This document shows, piece by piece, positions 55,369-64,000 of a DNA stretch of 64,000 nt (position 1 is its first letter; each line of letters opens with the position of its first letter). Origin of the DNA: an uncultured Acidobacteriota bacterium (lineage in GTDB: Bacteria > Acidobacteriota > Thermoanaerobaculia > Multivoradales > JAHEKO01); contig CAVQNG010000025.1 in NCBI GenBank assembly GCA_963713825.1, positions 256,001 through 320,000 on the forward strand, in the 5' to 3' direction. The position numbers and the translations under genes are program-made. The notes beneath the pieces were generated by a model. It had not been told where the DNA came from, searched no databases, and saw only the letters and a list, made by a program, of their open reading frames with translations.

Positions 55369-57162
55369 GTGACTAACCCCATTCAAGGCAGTGAGGCGGC
55401 GGACCCCGCTGCCGTCGGAAGGCAAGAGGCCTACCTGGCACTCCCTTTGATCCTCCTGTCCGGGTTGATCCTCCTCGGAGCGCTGACGTTCGACCGTCTC
55501 GAGTGGCCCTCCTTCGTCGGCGATGAGGCCACCTATCTCATGGCAGGTGAAAGCCTGGCTTGGGACTTCGACCTGAGATTCGAGGCAGAGGATTACAAGC
55601 GCTTCCTGGACCATTGGGGACAACAGCCCGAAGGCCTCATCTTGCTGAGTGGGGACAAGGGTCGACACATCTCCTACGGCAAGCCGTTCTTCTACCCTCT
55701 GGTCATCGCTCCTTTTCAGAGGCTGGCTCCTGTCCGCGGACCATTCGTGGCCAATGCGCTGCTCCTGGTTCTGGCCGGTGTGGTTGCGGCGCGCAGTCTC
55801 AGAGGTCGGCTCGGAAGGGTGTCTTGGCTCTGGGTGGCGGTGTTCTTGTTCGCTTCGGTTGGCTTCGCCTACATCTATTGGGCGCATGCCGATCTATTTC
55901 TGATGGCACTCTCGGCGCTGGCGTTGAGTCTGGCTTTCCACTCTCGGCAGTCGTCCGAAGAGGCAGGGTCGGTGCTGCGGTGGGTGACGGTTGGTGTTCT
56001 GATGGCGATCGTAGTCTTCAGCCGACCGCTCTACCTACCTCTCCTGATACCGATTGCGATGGCGGTGCCACAGCGGCAGCGCCGCCGCGGGCTCATTGGT
56101 CTGCTGGTGGGCGTGGCTTCGGTGTTGCTTTTGGCGGTCACCATCCACTGGATCAGCGGACGCAGCACGACGAGCTATGGGGCCCAGCGTCGGGGCTTCT
56201 ACTCGCACACCGGCTACCCCGGTGTCGACTTCGCCTCTGAGCAGTGGGTCGAGAAGCTCGAGGAGCTCGGCGACGCGGCCTGGGTCGAGGGACGGACCGG
56301 TGCCCGGCTGCCGAAGACCGAGCCGTCACTCTGGGCTTGGAACAGTCTTTACTTCCTGGTCGGTCGCCACGTCGGTGTCCTGCCGTACTTCCTGCCGCTT
56401 CTTCTGGGAATCCTGGGACGCCCCAGAGAGCGAGCGCAGTGGGCACTGCTGGGGGCGGTCCTGATTTGCATCGCAGCCTTCTTCCTCTATCGGCCGTTCA
56501 ACTTCTACGGCGGTGGCGGAGCGATAGCCAATCGGTATTTTCTGCCGCTGTATCCGGCCTTCTGGTTCATGGGGAGCAAGCCGGCGAGAGTCGGTCCTGC
56601 CCTGGCGGTGACGGTGCTGGCAGCCTTGTTTCTGTGGCCCCTGTGGAGCCAGCCGAGGGCTTTTCCTTTGCGGAATGACAGCACGTATCGCTATGTGTCG
56701 ACCGCCGCCAGGGGACTTCCCTTCGAGACGACGCAGAGTCATCTCAAACCGTCCGGTCGATCGGATGTCATTCACAACCAGCTGTGGGTGAAGTCGCTTT
56801 CTCCGTCTCTGCGCCCGAGTCGAGATGGGGGTGTCCTGCGGCTACGCGCCGACAGCCGCGGACAGGTTCTGATCGGCAGCCCGACACCGCTGAGTCGGTT
56901 GCAGCTCGAAACCTGGGGGCCCGGGGCGGAGAAGCTCGACGTCACCCGTGGAGCGACGGTAGCCGATGCGGAGATGGTTGGTGGGGTTCGAGTCCTGAAC
57001 CTCGATCTGGGTCGGCGCCGGGCCAGGCACCCCATGTGGTGGACTTGGCATCCCTACTACCTCTATCAGTTGAGCCTGAGGGTGGAAGAGCACGGCGAAG
57101 GAGCCGTTTCCTTTTCGCTGATTCCGCTGGGGGCGGAGAGGTCTGGACAAGATGACCTCTGA
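55369..57162 (+). CDS. GT-C-like polytopic membrane protein (paralogue 2, no C-terminal Ig-like domain)
   Basis: GDEATYLMAGESLAWDFDL, GKPFFYPL, HADLF, GRHVGVLPY, NFYGGGGAIANRY, LPFETT. Confidence 0.72.
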   Translation: MTNPIQGSEAADPAAVGRQEAYLALPLILLSGLILLGALTFDRLEWPSFVGDEATYLMAGESLAWDFDLRFEAEDYKRFLDHWGQQPEGLILLSGDKGRHISYGKPFFYPLVIAPFQRLAPVRGPFVANALLLVLAGVVAARSLRGRLGRVSWLWVAVFLFASVGFAYIYWAHADLFLMALSALALSLAFHSRQSSEEAGSVLRWVTVGVLMAIVVFSRPLYLPLLIPIAMAVPQRQRRRGLIGLLVGVASVLLLAVTIHWISGRSTTSYGAQRRGFYSHTGYPGVDFASEQWVEKLEELGDAAWVEGRTGARLPKTEPSLWAWNSLYFLVGRHVGVLPYFLPLLLGILGRPRERAQWALLGAVLICIAAFFLYRPFNFYGGGGAIANRYFLPLYPAFWFMGSKPARVGPALAVTVLAALFLWPLWSQPRAFPLRNDSTYRYVSTAARGLPFETTQSHLKPSGRSDVIHNQLWVKSLSPSLRPSRDGGVLRLRADSRGQVLIGSPTPLSRLQLETWGPGAEKLDVTRGATVADAEMVGGVRVLNLDLGRRRARHPMWWTWHPYYLYQLSLRVEEHGEGAVSFSLIPLGAERSGQDDL

Positions 57163-59269
57163 TTCGACTACGATCGTAGGCCGCCTGGCCCAGGGGTTGG
57201 GTCGCGTCGCGCTGGCGGGAGGCTTTGCCCTCGGGGCTGTCTGGTTGTGGGATGTGTCGGGTGGCGCTCCGCCTCCAGTGCTGGCGCGAGGGGTTGTGGT
57301 CGTGGCCTCGCTTCTGGTCGCCGCTTACCTGGTGGTCCTGAGCGCCAGCCTCTGGCAGCGGGAGAAGGATCAACCGATTCTGACGCCAGGTCGCCTTCTG
57401 CTCCTCCTGGTGCTCGTGTCGCTGGTCGTGCGCCTGGTCGGGATCGACTTCGAGATCTCAGGTCGCTACTACCGGGACGAGGGGATCTACTACGAGGCCG
57501 CCCAGCGCATCAACGAAGGCAATCTGCTGCCCGAGTCCTTCATCTACGGTCATCTGCCCTATTACCTGCAAGCCATTCTTCTCTGGATCCAGTCACTCTT
57601 CCCGCAGGCGATCAGCCGCTTTCTTGCCCTGTTCTATGAAGTCGGCACGGAGATCGATGTCAGCTGGCTCCTACTGAGGGGATTGAGTGCAGTATTCGGG
57701 GCCCTCACGACCATCCCCGTGTTTGTCATAGCCGACAGGATCGCGGGCCGATTGGCGGCCAGTCTCGGGGCTCTGTTGATCATCTTGTCGCCGATCTACA
57801 ACGAGATCACCCATCTCATCATCAGCGACGTGCCGTCGGCTTTCTTCGCGACGATGACCGTGATGTTCGTGGCTCGTCTGCTGGATGGAGAGAATCTCTG
57901 CGACTATTTGTGGGCCGGGGCCTGCGCCGGACTAGCGGCGGCCAGCAAGTATCCGGCGGGTGTGGTGGCTGTCTCGATCGTGGCCATCTGGATCTACTGG
58001 CGCGTACGGACGAGGCGATTCTCGTGGTACCTGGTCTGGTCCGGCCTCATCTCTGTGATGGTGCTGATGGCTGCCATGCCGGCATTCTGGGCTCACGCAG
58101 GGGCAGCGTTCGCGGGACAGGGTAAGGACCTGCTTTTCGGCGTCCGCCAATACGCCAAGGGAGGCTGGATCGGAGTCAAGCCACAGAGCAACGCGCTCTG
58201 GTATGGAGGCAATCTCGTGCAGAGCTTCGGCTGGCCGGCCCTGGGTCTGGGCTTGCTGGGGGTCTTCAGCCTGACTCGAAAGAGCCGGCGACGGTGGCTT
58301 GTGATGGCTGTCTATCCGCTGGTCTTCCTGATCATGATGAGCAGCATGAGCATGGTGGTGAAGCGGAATCTGCTGCCGGCACTGCCGGCTATCGCCGCTT
58401 TGCTCGGCGCTGGTATTGCCGGGTGGCAGAGGCGTCTGCCTGGGCGAAGAAACGGGCTTTCGAGGTGGTGGCCCATGCTGGCTCTGAGCCTGTTATGCCT
58501 GGCGGTTCCTCTCTACCGAACGGTGCTTCAGGAGGTGAGCCTGGTGAGACCGAGCACTCGGGAGCTCGCCGCCTGGTGGATCAACAGTAGTCTGCCGCGA
58601 GGCGCCGGCATCATTCAGGAGTCCTACACCCCTCATATCCACTACAAGCGATTCCAACGGGCCAATAGTCGATTCGCTGCGCGCTTCACTCTCGAGCAGA
58701 TCAGGGAGCCGCAGTGGGACTTCGTGTTACTGGCAGACAGTGCCTACCGCCGATTCCTGAATCCTGAGAATTGGACCAAACCCCATCACGAGGACTATGC
58801 CGCGAGGTATGGAGAGATTTTAAAGTTCGACCTGGTGCAGGAGTGGCTACCCACTCCCACACGGCTGGGTCCGAGAATTGGTCTCTATGCCATCGACTCC
58901 GATCCTCAAATCTTTCTTTCGGAGCACCGGTTCGAGCTCGGAGACGAGCCCTTTCGGTATCCCCGCAGCGACGCCTACCTGCTCCTCAAGCAATACTTCG
59001 ATGCAGGCAGCTTTCGAATTTCACTCGCAACTGAGCCATCGGAGGTCACCGGGCACCTCAAGGTAGTGACTCGCGACGGTCGAGCAGCTGGAGAGTTCGA
59101 CATTCGCCTCGGAGTCGGAGCCATGGATCTTCCTTGGCCGGCGAAGTACTTCTTGTATCTGTACCTTCCCGAAGGCACCGAGATTTCAGCGGTCGAGGTT
59201 CACTCCGCCGAGGCAGAGGCCGAGCCGATATCAGCCAGCCCGGACAATGTTGGGCAGCCGGACTCCTGA
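57152..59269 (+). CDS. ArnT/PMT-family (GT83/GT39-like) glycosyltransferase
   Basis: LVVRLVGID..YYRDE first-loop DE motif, YGHLPYY, SDVP, ASKYPAG, RNLLP, and a C-terminal periplasmic domain. Confidence 0.82.
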   Translation: MTSDSTTIVGRLAQGLGRVALAGGFALGAVWLWDVSGGAPPPVLARGVVVVASLLVAAYLVVLSASLWQREKDQPILTPGRLLLLLVLVSLVVRLVGIDFEISGRYYRDEGIYYEAAQRINEGNLLPESFIYGHLPYYLQAILLWIQSLFPQAISRFLALFYEVGTEIDVSWLLLRGLSAVFGALTTIPVFVIADRIAGRLAASLGALLIILSPIYNEITHLIISDVPSAFFATMTVMFVARLLDGENLCDYLWAGACAGLAAASKYPAGVVAVSIVAIWIYWRVRTRRFSWYLVWSGLISVMVLMAAMPAFWAHAGAAFAGQGKDLLFGVRQYAKGGWIGVKPQSNALWYGGNLVQSFGWPALGLGLLGVFSLTRKSRRRWLVMAVYPLVFLIMMSSMSMVVKRNLLPALPAIAALLGAGIAGWQRRLPGRRNGLSRWWPMLALSLLCLAVPLYRTVLQEVSLVRPSTRELAAWWINSSLPRGAGIIQESYTPHIHYKRFQRANSRFAARFTLEQIREPQWDFVLLADSAYRRFLNPENWTKPHHEDYAARYGEILKFDLVQEWLPTPTRLGPRIGLYAIDSDPQIFLSEHRFELGDEPFRYPRSDAYLLLKQYFDAGSFRISLATEPSEVTGHLKVVTRDGRAAGEFDIRLGVGAMDLPWPAKYFLYLYLPEGTEISAVEVHSAEAEAEPISASPDNVGQPDS

Positions 59270-59279
59270 GGAGCCGTTC

Positions 59280-61463
59280 TTATTCGGGCAATGCGACTTC
59301 GACCTGCCAGTGCACAGAGCTGGCGGGATTCTTGTCGGAGAACCAAGCGACCTGCTCCCGGACCAGGTCGAGGGTGAGCGTATAGTCGCCAGGAGTTTTG
59401 GGAGCGAGTAGCTGTTGGATGACGGAGACAGAGTCGCCCGGGCGGACCTCGGAGGGAAGAGGGCTTCTCGGGCCGTCTCGAACTGTGGTCCGACCCGTGG
59501 AGTCTGTCCAGTGATAGCTCATCTCCACGCGAGTGGCTCCTCGGACCGGCCAGGTCTCCCGGCTCGTGTTCTTCAACTCGACGGCCACCTGGAATGAAGC
59601 GCCAGCTTCGACGCGATCAACCTTCCCGGAAGGGGTCCATTCGGCATGGTACAGGTCGCGATCCCGTTCAACGCTCGACCCCAGATAGAGCAGCGCTGCG
59701 CCTAGATAGAAGCTGTCGTCGCTGGTGCCTCGCCAGGTCGGCTTCTCGCCGCTCGTTGTTTTGACGGTCAGGCGATAGGCGTAGGTCTCACCATCGTTTC
59801 CCGTACGGGTCTTCCAAGCCTTCTGCGGCTGTAGCGCGACATCTTGTCTTCCTGAAGTGCCGACGTCGTCGAACACGGCGGCGCCACACGCGTCTTCCAA
59901 GCAGATCTCGACCTCGTTGCTGGGGGCTCCGGATCGCACCAGGAAGACTGCGTCCTCCAGAGGGCGATCGGTGATCATCCACGCTTCGACCATCTCGGCG
60001 CCGTGGAACCAGAGCTCGTCTTTCTTCGGTTGGAAGACATCGGAACGACCGCGGAACCAGACTCCCGAGTGATAGTCGCCGAGATAACCGGGTATTCGGC
60101 GAGCCAGGGTGAGCTCGAAGGGAAAATGGCGGAACGGCCGATTGCGGACGTGCGCCTGGAGGGTCGGCTGATCGACCGGTGCCCCAAACGGGGTCGACAG
60201 TATCGCCCCCAAGAAGAGTCCTCCGAGGGCGAAGCCCGCTGCCATCAACCAGGTGGGTCGGATGCGAGTGACGAGAAAGAGGAAAGCCGGATACGCGATG
60301 ACCAGATACCGGTTGCCGACGAAACCCCCTCCCCCGTGCCAACGGTCAGGGAGAAGTACAAAGAAGGCCAGCGATGAGGCGGCGAGTGCCGCCAAGATCA
60401 GCCAGCGCCCTCTCGAGCGCCAATCATGGATGAGGAAGAGGGCCAGGCAGACGGAGGCAAAGGGAAAGTAGAGCAGCAGTCCGACGTGCCGGCCCCACAA
60501 GAAGTAGCCGACGTTGTCAGCCAGCAGCGAAAGGTCGACTTCTCGAGGGTCGAGCATTCTCACGAAGTGCCCCGCCCTGGAGGATGGAGTCACGACGTCG
60601 GTGGCGACGCGGGTACTGACTTTCTCCGGGGCCTTTCGTTCCATGAACGCTACTGGACTGCTGACATTGATCGGCCGGCGAGATCGACTGAGGTACGGCC
60701 AGGGCACGTCGGTCAGAGCCAAAGCGAGGCCTGCTAGTAGAGCCAAGGTCGAAGCGGCGCTGAGGCACCAAGCCATCGCCCCCTTCCATCCACGCCCGCG
60801 CAGTGAGAGGTAGAGGATGGGAAGCGCCAGCGCTGCGAGCGTTGGCTTGGAGTAGATCGCCAGCGATAGGCTGACCGCGGAGCCGGCGATCGCGAGCCAG
60901 CTCATTTGTGCGGTCGCAGAGCGCTTCGTTCCGATCACCAGCAGGAAAGCGACCGTGACGCAAGTCATGTGGAAGATCTCTGCCTGCAGCCAGAAGATGT
61001 AGACGAAGCTGCAGCTGACGAGAAAGAAGCCGGCGGTAAACAGGAAGGCGATCGACTCGCGATTGAATCGCCGCAGGTAGATGGTTCCCATGGCGATCAT
61101 GAGCATCGTCAGGGCCGCATTGAGCGCGATGAGGCCATTCGCACCGAATAGCCCTGCGGCCGGGGCTGCGAAGAGGGGATAGACGAAGGGGGCGGAGAAG
61201 TGAACGGTCTTCCAACGATCTTCGCTCATCAGAAACAGGTTGTCGGAGCGATGAGTGAACTCGTGGAAGAGTCTCTCGATGTCCTGTGAATCACAGAGCA
61301 GATCGCCATCTCGCCAGAGGCTGACGGCCATCAGGTAGTTGGCAGGCTCGTCGGCTTTGAGCAGCATGGGCAGCCCAGGCTTGGCGAGAGTCAACGGAAA
61401 CAGGACGAAGAAAAGTGTGAGACAGACCCAGGCGAGGGTCAGGGGCTTGCGAAGGGCGGACAT
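59280..61463 (-). CDS. GT-C-like polytopic membrane protein with a C-terminal Ig-like domain (paralogue 3)
   Basis: KPGLPMLLKADEPANYLMAVSLWRDGDL, GRHVGLLLY, WHGGGGFVGNRY, PTLQAHVRN, SYHW...LDLVREQVAWFSDKN. Clearly homologous to 51441..53690. Confidence 0.72.
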   Translation of the reverse strand: MSALRKPLTLAWVCLTLFFVLFPLTLAKPGLPMLLKADEPANYLMAVSLWRDGDLLCDSQDIERLFHEFTHRSDNLFLMSEDRWKTVHFSAPFVYPLFAAPAAGLFGANGLIALNAALTMLMIAMGTIYLRRFNRESIAFLFTAGFFLVSCSFVYIFWLQAEIFHMTCVTVAFLLVIGTKRSATAQMSWLAIAGSAVSLSLAIYSKPTLAALALPILYLSLRGRGWKGAMAWCLSAASTLALLAGLALALTDVPWPYLSRSRRPINVSSPVAFMERKAPEKVSTRVATDVVTPSSRAGHFVRMLDPREVDLSLLADNVGYFLWGRHVGLLLYFPFASVCLALFLIHDWRSRGRWLILAALAASSLAFFVLLPDRWHGGGGFVGNRYLVIAYPAFLFLVTRIRPTWLMAAGFALGGLFLGAILSTPFGAPVDQPTLQAHVRNRPFRHFPFELTLARRIPGYLGDYHSGVWFRGRSDVFQPKKDELWFHGAEMVEAWMITDRPLEDAVFLVRSGAPSNEVEICLEDACGAAVFDDVGTSGRQDVALQPQKAWKTRTGNDGETYAYRLTVKTTSGEKPTWRGTSDDSFYLGAALLYLGSSVERDRDLYHAEWTPSGKVDRVEAGASFQVAVELKNTSRETWPVRGATRVEMSYHWTDSTGRTTVRDGPRSPLPSEVRPGDSVSVIQQLLAPKTPGDYTLTLDLVREQVAWFSDKNPASSVHWQVEVALPE

Positions 61464-61510
61464 CTCGAACGGACTCCAGAGCCTCAGAGGAGCATTCTAT
61501 CCAGCTGCGG

Positions 61511-61545
61511 GCAAAAGAAACGCCCGCGCGGGATGGCGCGGGCGG
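61511..61545 (-). terminator. Rho-independent terminator after the M13 peptidase gene
   Basis: 9-bp stem CGCCCGCGC/GCGCGGGCG (61521-61544) followed on the minus strand by TTTCTTTT. Confidence 0.75.
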
Positions 61546-61571
61546 AAGAAAGAACTCGAAGGGATGGTCGT

Positions 61572-63611
61572 CTACCAGATTTCGGCTCTTTGCTCGGCCG
61601 GCAGTGCCATCGGGTCGCCTTCCTTGCAGCCAAAGGCGGCGGCAAACTCCGGCATGTTGGCCAGCGGTCCATTGACCCGGAACTTGGCGGGTGAGTGGGG
61701 ATCTGTGTTGACCTGTAGCTTGAGGGCTTCGGGGCGGTAGTTCTTACGCCACCCCTGAGCCCAACTCAGGAAAAACCGCTGTTCGGGTGTCAGTCCATCA
61801 ATCTCACCAGGGTTCTTGTCCGTCAGCGCTGATTGAAGCGCATGGTAGGCCATGGTCAGTCCGGCCAGATCACCGATGTTCTCGCCCAGAGTGAGCTCGC
61901 CGTTGACGTGCAGGTCGTCGACGGCCACGAAACCATTGAATTGATCGACCAGGATCTTCGTTCGCTCTTCGAAGTTCTGCCGATCGTTGTCGGTCCACCA
62001 GTTCTCCATGTTGCCCTGCGCATCGAACTGAGAGCCTTTGTCATCGAAGCCATGCATGAACTCATGGCCGATAACGCTACCCATCGCCCCGTAGTTGATG
62101 GCATCGTCCGCTGCGCCATCGAACATGGGTGGTTGCATGATGGCCGCCGGGAAGACGATCTCGTTCATCACCGGGCTGTAGTAGGCGTTGACGGTCTGCG
62201 GGGACATACCCCACTCGTTACGATCGATCGGTTGGCCGATCTTATTCAGGTTGCGGCGCATCTCGAAGGCGTTGGCGGCGCGGACATTGGCGACATAGCT
62301 CGTCCGCTCCACGTCCAGCTTCGAGTAGTCGCGCCACTCGTCGGGATACCCGATCTTGGCGGTGAAAGCCGCGAGTTTGGCCAGCGCCTGGGTCTTGGTC
62401 TCGTCGCTCATCCAGTCGAGAGCCTGAATCCGTGTCTCGACGGTCGATCGAAGATCCTCGATCATCTTGTCGGCTCGGGACTTGGTCTGCGATGGGAAGG
62501 CGCGTTCGACATAGACCTGGCCCAGGGCTTCGCCCAGGCTGGAGCTGGTGCGGGCGACGACTCTTTTCCATCGAGGCTGCAGCTCCTCGGTGCCCCGGAG
62601 GGTCTTGCCGTAGAACTCGAAGTCCTGATCGACGAACTTCTCCGACAGATACGGCGAGAAGTTGTTGATCAAGTTCCAGCGCAGGTAGGCCTTCCAGGTC
62701 TCGAGATCCGACTCGCTCATGAGAGCGTTCATCTCAGCGAAGAAATCGGGTTGAGCGTAGGAGAAGCTCTCCATTCCATCCAGGCCCAGACGCTCGAAAT
62801 AGCGGCTCCAGGAGAAGTTGGGAGTCGCCTCGTCGGCGGCTTTCAGGGTCTCGATGTTGTAGTAGTTGGCTGGGTCGCGAAGCTCGACATTGGTCAACGA
62901 AGCGTTGGCCAGACGCGTTTCCAGCTGCAGGATGTTGGCGGCTGCCGCATTCGCCTTCTCGGCGTCGGATCCCATGAGCTGAAGCATCGAAGAGACATGG
63001 GCAATATACTGCTGTCGCAACTCTGCCGACTCCTCGTCATCCCGGGTGTAGTAGTCGCGGTCGGGCAGGCCGAGGCCACCTTGAACGGCATAGTAGATGT
63101 ACTGTTCGCTGTTCTTCAGGTCCTGGAAAATCCCCTGATCGAAGAGGGCAGCGACTCCTTCGGCGTGAAGATCCCGCACTATGGCGGCGACATCATCGAC
63201 GCTTGCGATGGAGTCGACACGCTTCAAGTCGGCCTGCAAGGGGTCGAGCCCCTGGGCTTCGATCGCCTTGGTATCCATTCCGGTGTACCAGAAGTCGCCA
63301 ACCTTCTGCTGGTTGGTACCTTGTGGGGCATCGGCGGCGGCAGCTTCTTCCATGATCTGCCGCAGAAGGGCGAGATTGCGCTCATACATTTCGTGCGAAA
63401 TGCCCCACGAGCTGTACTCCTCGGGTATCGGATTGAGCGTTAGCCAAGTGCCATTGGCATACTGGTAGAAGTCGACGCAGGCATCGGCCGAGGTGTCCAT
63501 GTTGCGACGGTCGAGGCCGTGCTCGTTGGTCTTGTAGTCGCCAGCCATGGCGATAGTGGCAGCGATCCCTATGAGGATCGTCATACCGAGCACTAGTCTT
63601 GTCGTTGTCAT
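61572..63611 (-). CDS. M13 family metallopeptidase (neprilysin/PepO-like), secreted
   Basis: ATG 63611 after an AGGAG RBS. Signal peptide, CVDFYQYANG, VNAYY, GHEFMHGFDD, GENIGD, TDPHSP. Confidence 0.95.
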   Translation of the reverse strand: MTTTRLVLGMTILIGIAATIAMAGDYKTNEHGLDRRNMDTSADACVDFYQYANGTWLTLNPIPEEYSSWGISHEMYERNLALLRQIMEEAAAADAPQGTNQQKVGDFWYTGMDTKAIEAQGLDPLQADLKRVDSIASVDDVAAIVRDLHAEGVAALFDQGIFQDLKNSEQYIYYAVQGGLGLPDRDYYTRDDEESAELRQQYIAHVSSMLQLMGSDAEKANAAAANILQLETRLANASLTNVELRDPANYYNIETLKAADEATPNFSWSRYFERLGLDGMESFSYAQPDFFAEMNALMSESDLETWKAYLRWNLINNFSPYLSEKFVDQDFEFYGKTLRGTEELQPRWKRVVARTSSSLGEALGQVYVERAFPSQTKSRADKMIEDLRSTVETRIQALDWMSDETKTQALAKLAAFTAKIGYPDEWRDYSKLDVERTSYVANVRAANAFEMRRNLNKIGQPIDRNEWGMSPQTVNAYYSPVMNEIVFPAAIMQPPMFDGAADDAINYGAMGSVIGHEFMHGFDDKGSQFDAQGNMENWWTDNDRQNFEERTKILVDQFNGFVAVDDLHVNGELTLGENIGDLAGLTMAYHALQSALTDKNPGEIDGLTPEQRFFLSWAQGWRKNYRPEALKLQVNTDPHSPAKFRVNGPLANMPEFAAAFGCKEGDPMALPAEQRAEIW

Positions 63612-63763
63612 GATCGGAAACTCCTGAGAACGGTTGATTGCGGCGACCCAGGCACTCTTGCTTTTGAGGCTGCCGACTGGGTCTCCCTCCTTGGGGGGCG
63701 GGGTAGCTTGTCTGTCCCGACCCCGCGTCGATGACACACACCTCTCCCGTCTTGGCCTTCTAA

Positions 63764-63789
63764 TACGATCCGGAACGATCAAGGTTGCA
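63764..63789 (-). promoter_or_regulatory. Putative ECF sigma factor promoter
   Basis: Minus strand reads TGCAAC-N16-CGTA about 150 bp upstream of the M13 start. Confidence 0.55.
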
Positions 63790-63820
63790 CTTTGTCATTG
63801 CCGCTCCTCGCTTCACTGGA

Positions 63821-64000
63821 CTACTTCGACATGTAGTTCCGGTAGATTGCCATCAGGTCCAGTGGGGCATGCAAGAAGTCTTGCGGACGCACCTTGCTGC
63901 CCGAGACATCCTGCCAGGACTGCAACGGGTACTCGAAGACCAGATCACCCAGGTGGCTCCAGGCTTCGGGACTCAGTGTCCGTTTGAGGCGTGCCAGGAT
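63821..64000 (-). CDS. 3' end of a GT2 polyprenol-phosphate glycosyltransferase (ALG5/DPM1-like), truncated by the window edge
   Basis: Not in the ORF track. The minus-strand frame reads ILARLKRTLSPEAWSHLGDLVFEYPLQSWQDVSGSKVRPQDFLHAPLDLMAIYRNYMSK*. The E.P..W.DV.GSKV pattern is characteristic of the C-terminus of Dol-P-Glc synthase-like enzymes. Confidence 0.7.
   Translation of the reverse strand: MLARLKRTLSPEAWSHLGDLVFEYPLQSWQDVSGSKVRPQDFLHAPLDLMAIYRNYMSK

Noticed and set aside
63620-63755. Glycine-riboswitch-like words (GGGAGAG...CCCAAGGAG...TCTCAGG) in the M13 leader
   Set aside because: The core CCGAAG is not matched, no convincing P1 helix forms, the TCAGG overlaps the AGGAG RBS, and the downstream gene is unrelated to glycine metabolism. 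An Infernal search with the glycine model would settle it.
36903-64000. Glycan island as a recently acquired mobile element
   Set aside because: I saw no integrase, transposase, tRNA attachment site, flanking direct repeats or obvious compositional shift.

Overview
This is a GC-rich (roughly 63-65% by eye), gene-dense bacterial chromosomal window with about 46 protein-coding genes. I recognised no rRNA, tRNA, CRISPR array, transposase or integrase. The gene content suggests a diderm environmental bacterium, possibly Acidobacteriota (Thermoanaerobaculia-like), which is an inference only. The left part (1-36.8 kb) is mixed. It holds a Tat-exported PaoABC/YagTSR-like molybdo-flavoenzyme, an ankyrin-tetraheme cytochrome c fusion, a WcaJ-like priming glycosyltransferase, a dGTPase-like HD protein with an HE motif and a phnDCE-like ABC importer whose binding protein has a duplicated lobe. 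It also holds an M23 peptidase, an ABC exporter, dodecin, a phasin with a PhaR-box-like promoter, a membrane pentaheme cytochrome-TPR protein paired with a CRTAC1/ASPIC-UnbV protein, and an alpha-2-macroglobulin. The right part (36.9-64 kb) is a cell-surface glycan island. It holds GT2/GT4 enzymes, a Wzx flippase, a UDP-galactopyranose-mutase-like flavoprotein, an O-acetyltransferase, a deacetylase and five GT-C-like polytopic proteins (three are paralogues). Interleaved with them are sulfatase-fold lipoproteins that carry Thr instead of the formylglycine motif. The 3' end of an ALG5/DPM1-like polyprenol-phosphate glycosyltransferase lies at the window edge. The best candidate for an undescribed system is the GT-C plus Thr-type sulfatase-fold module. 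All calls come from motif reading only; no database search was run.
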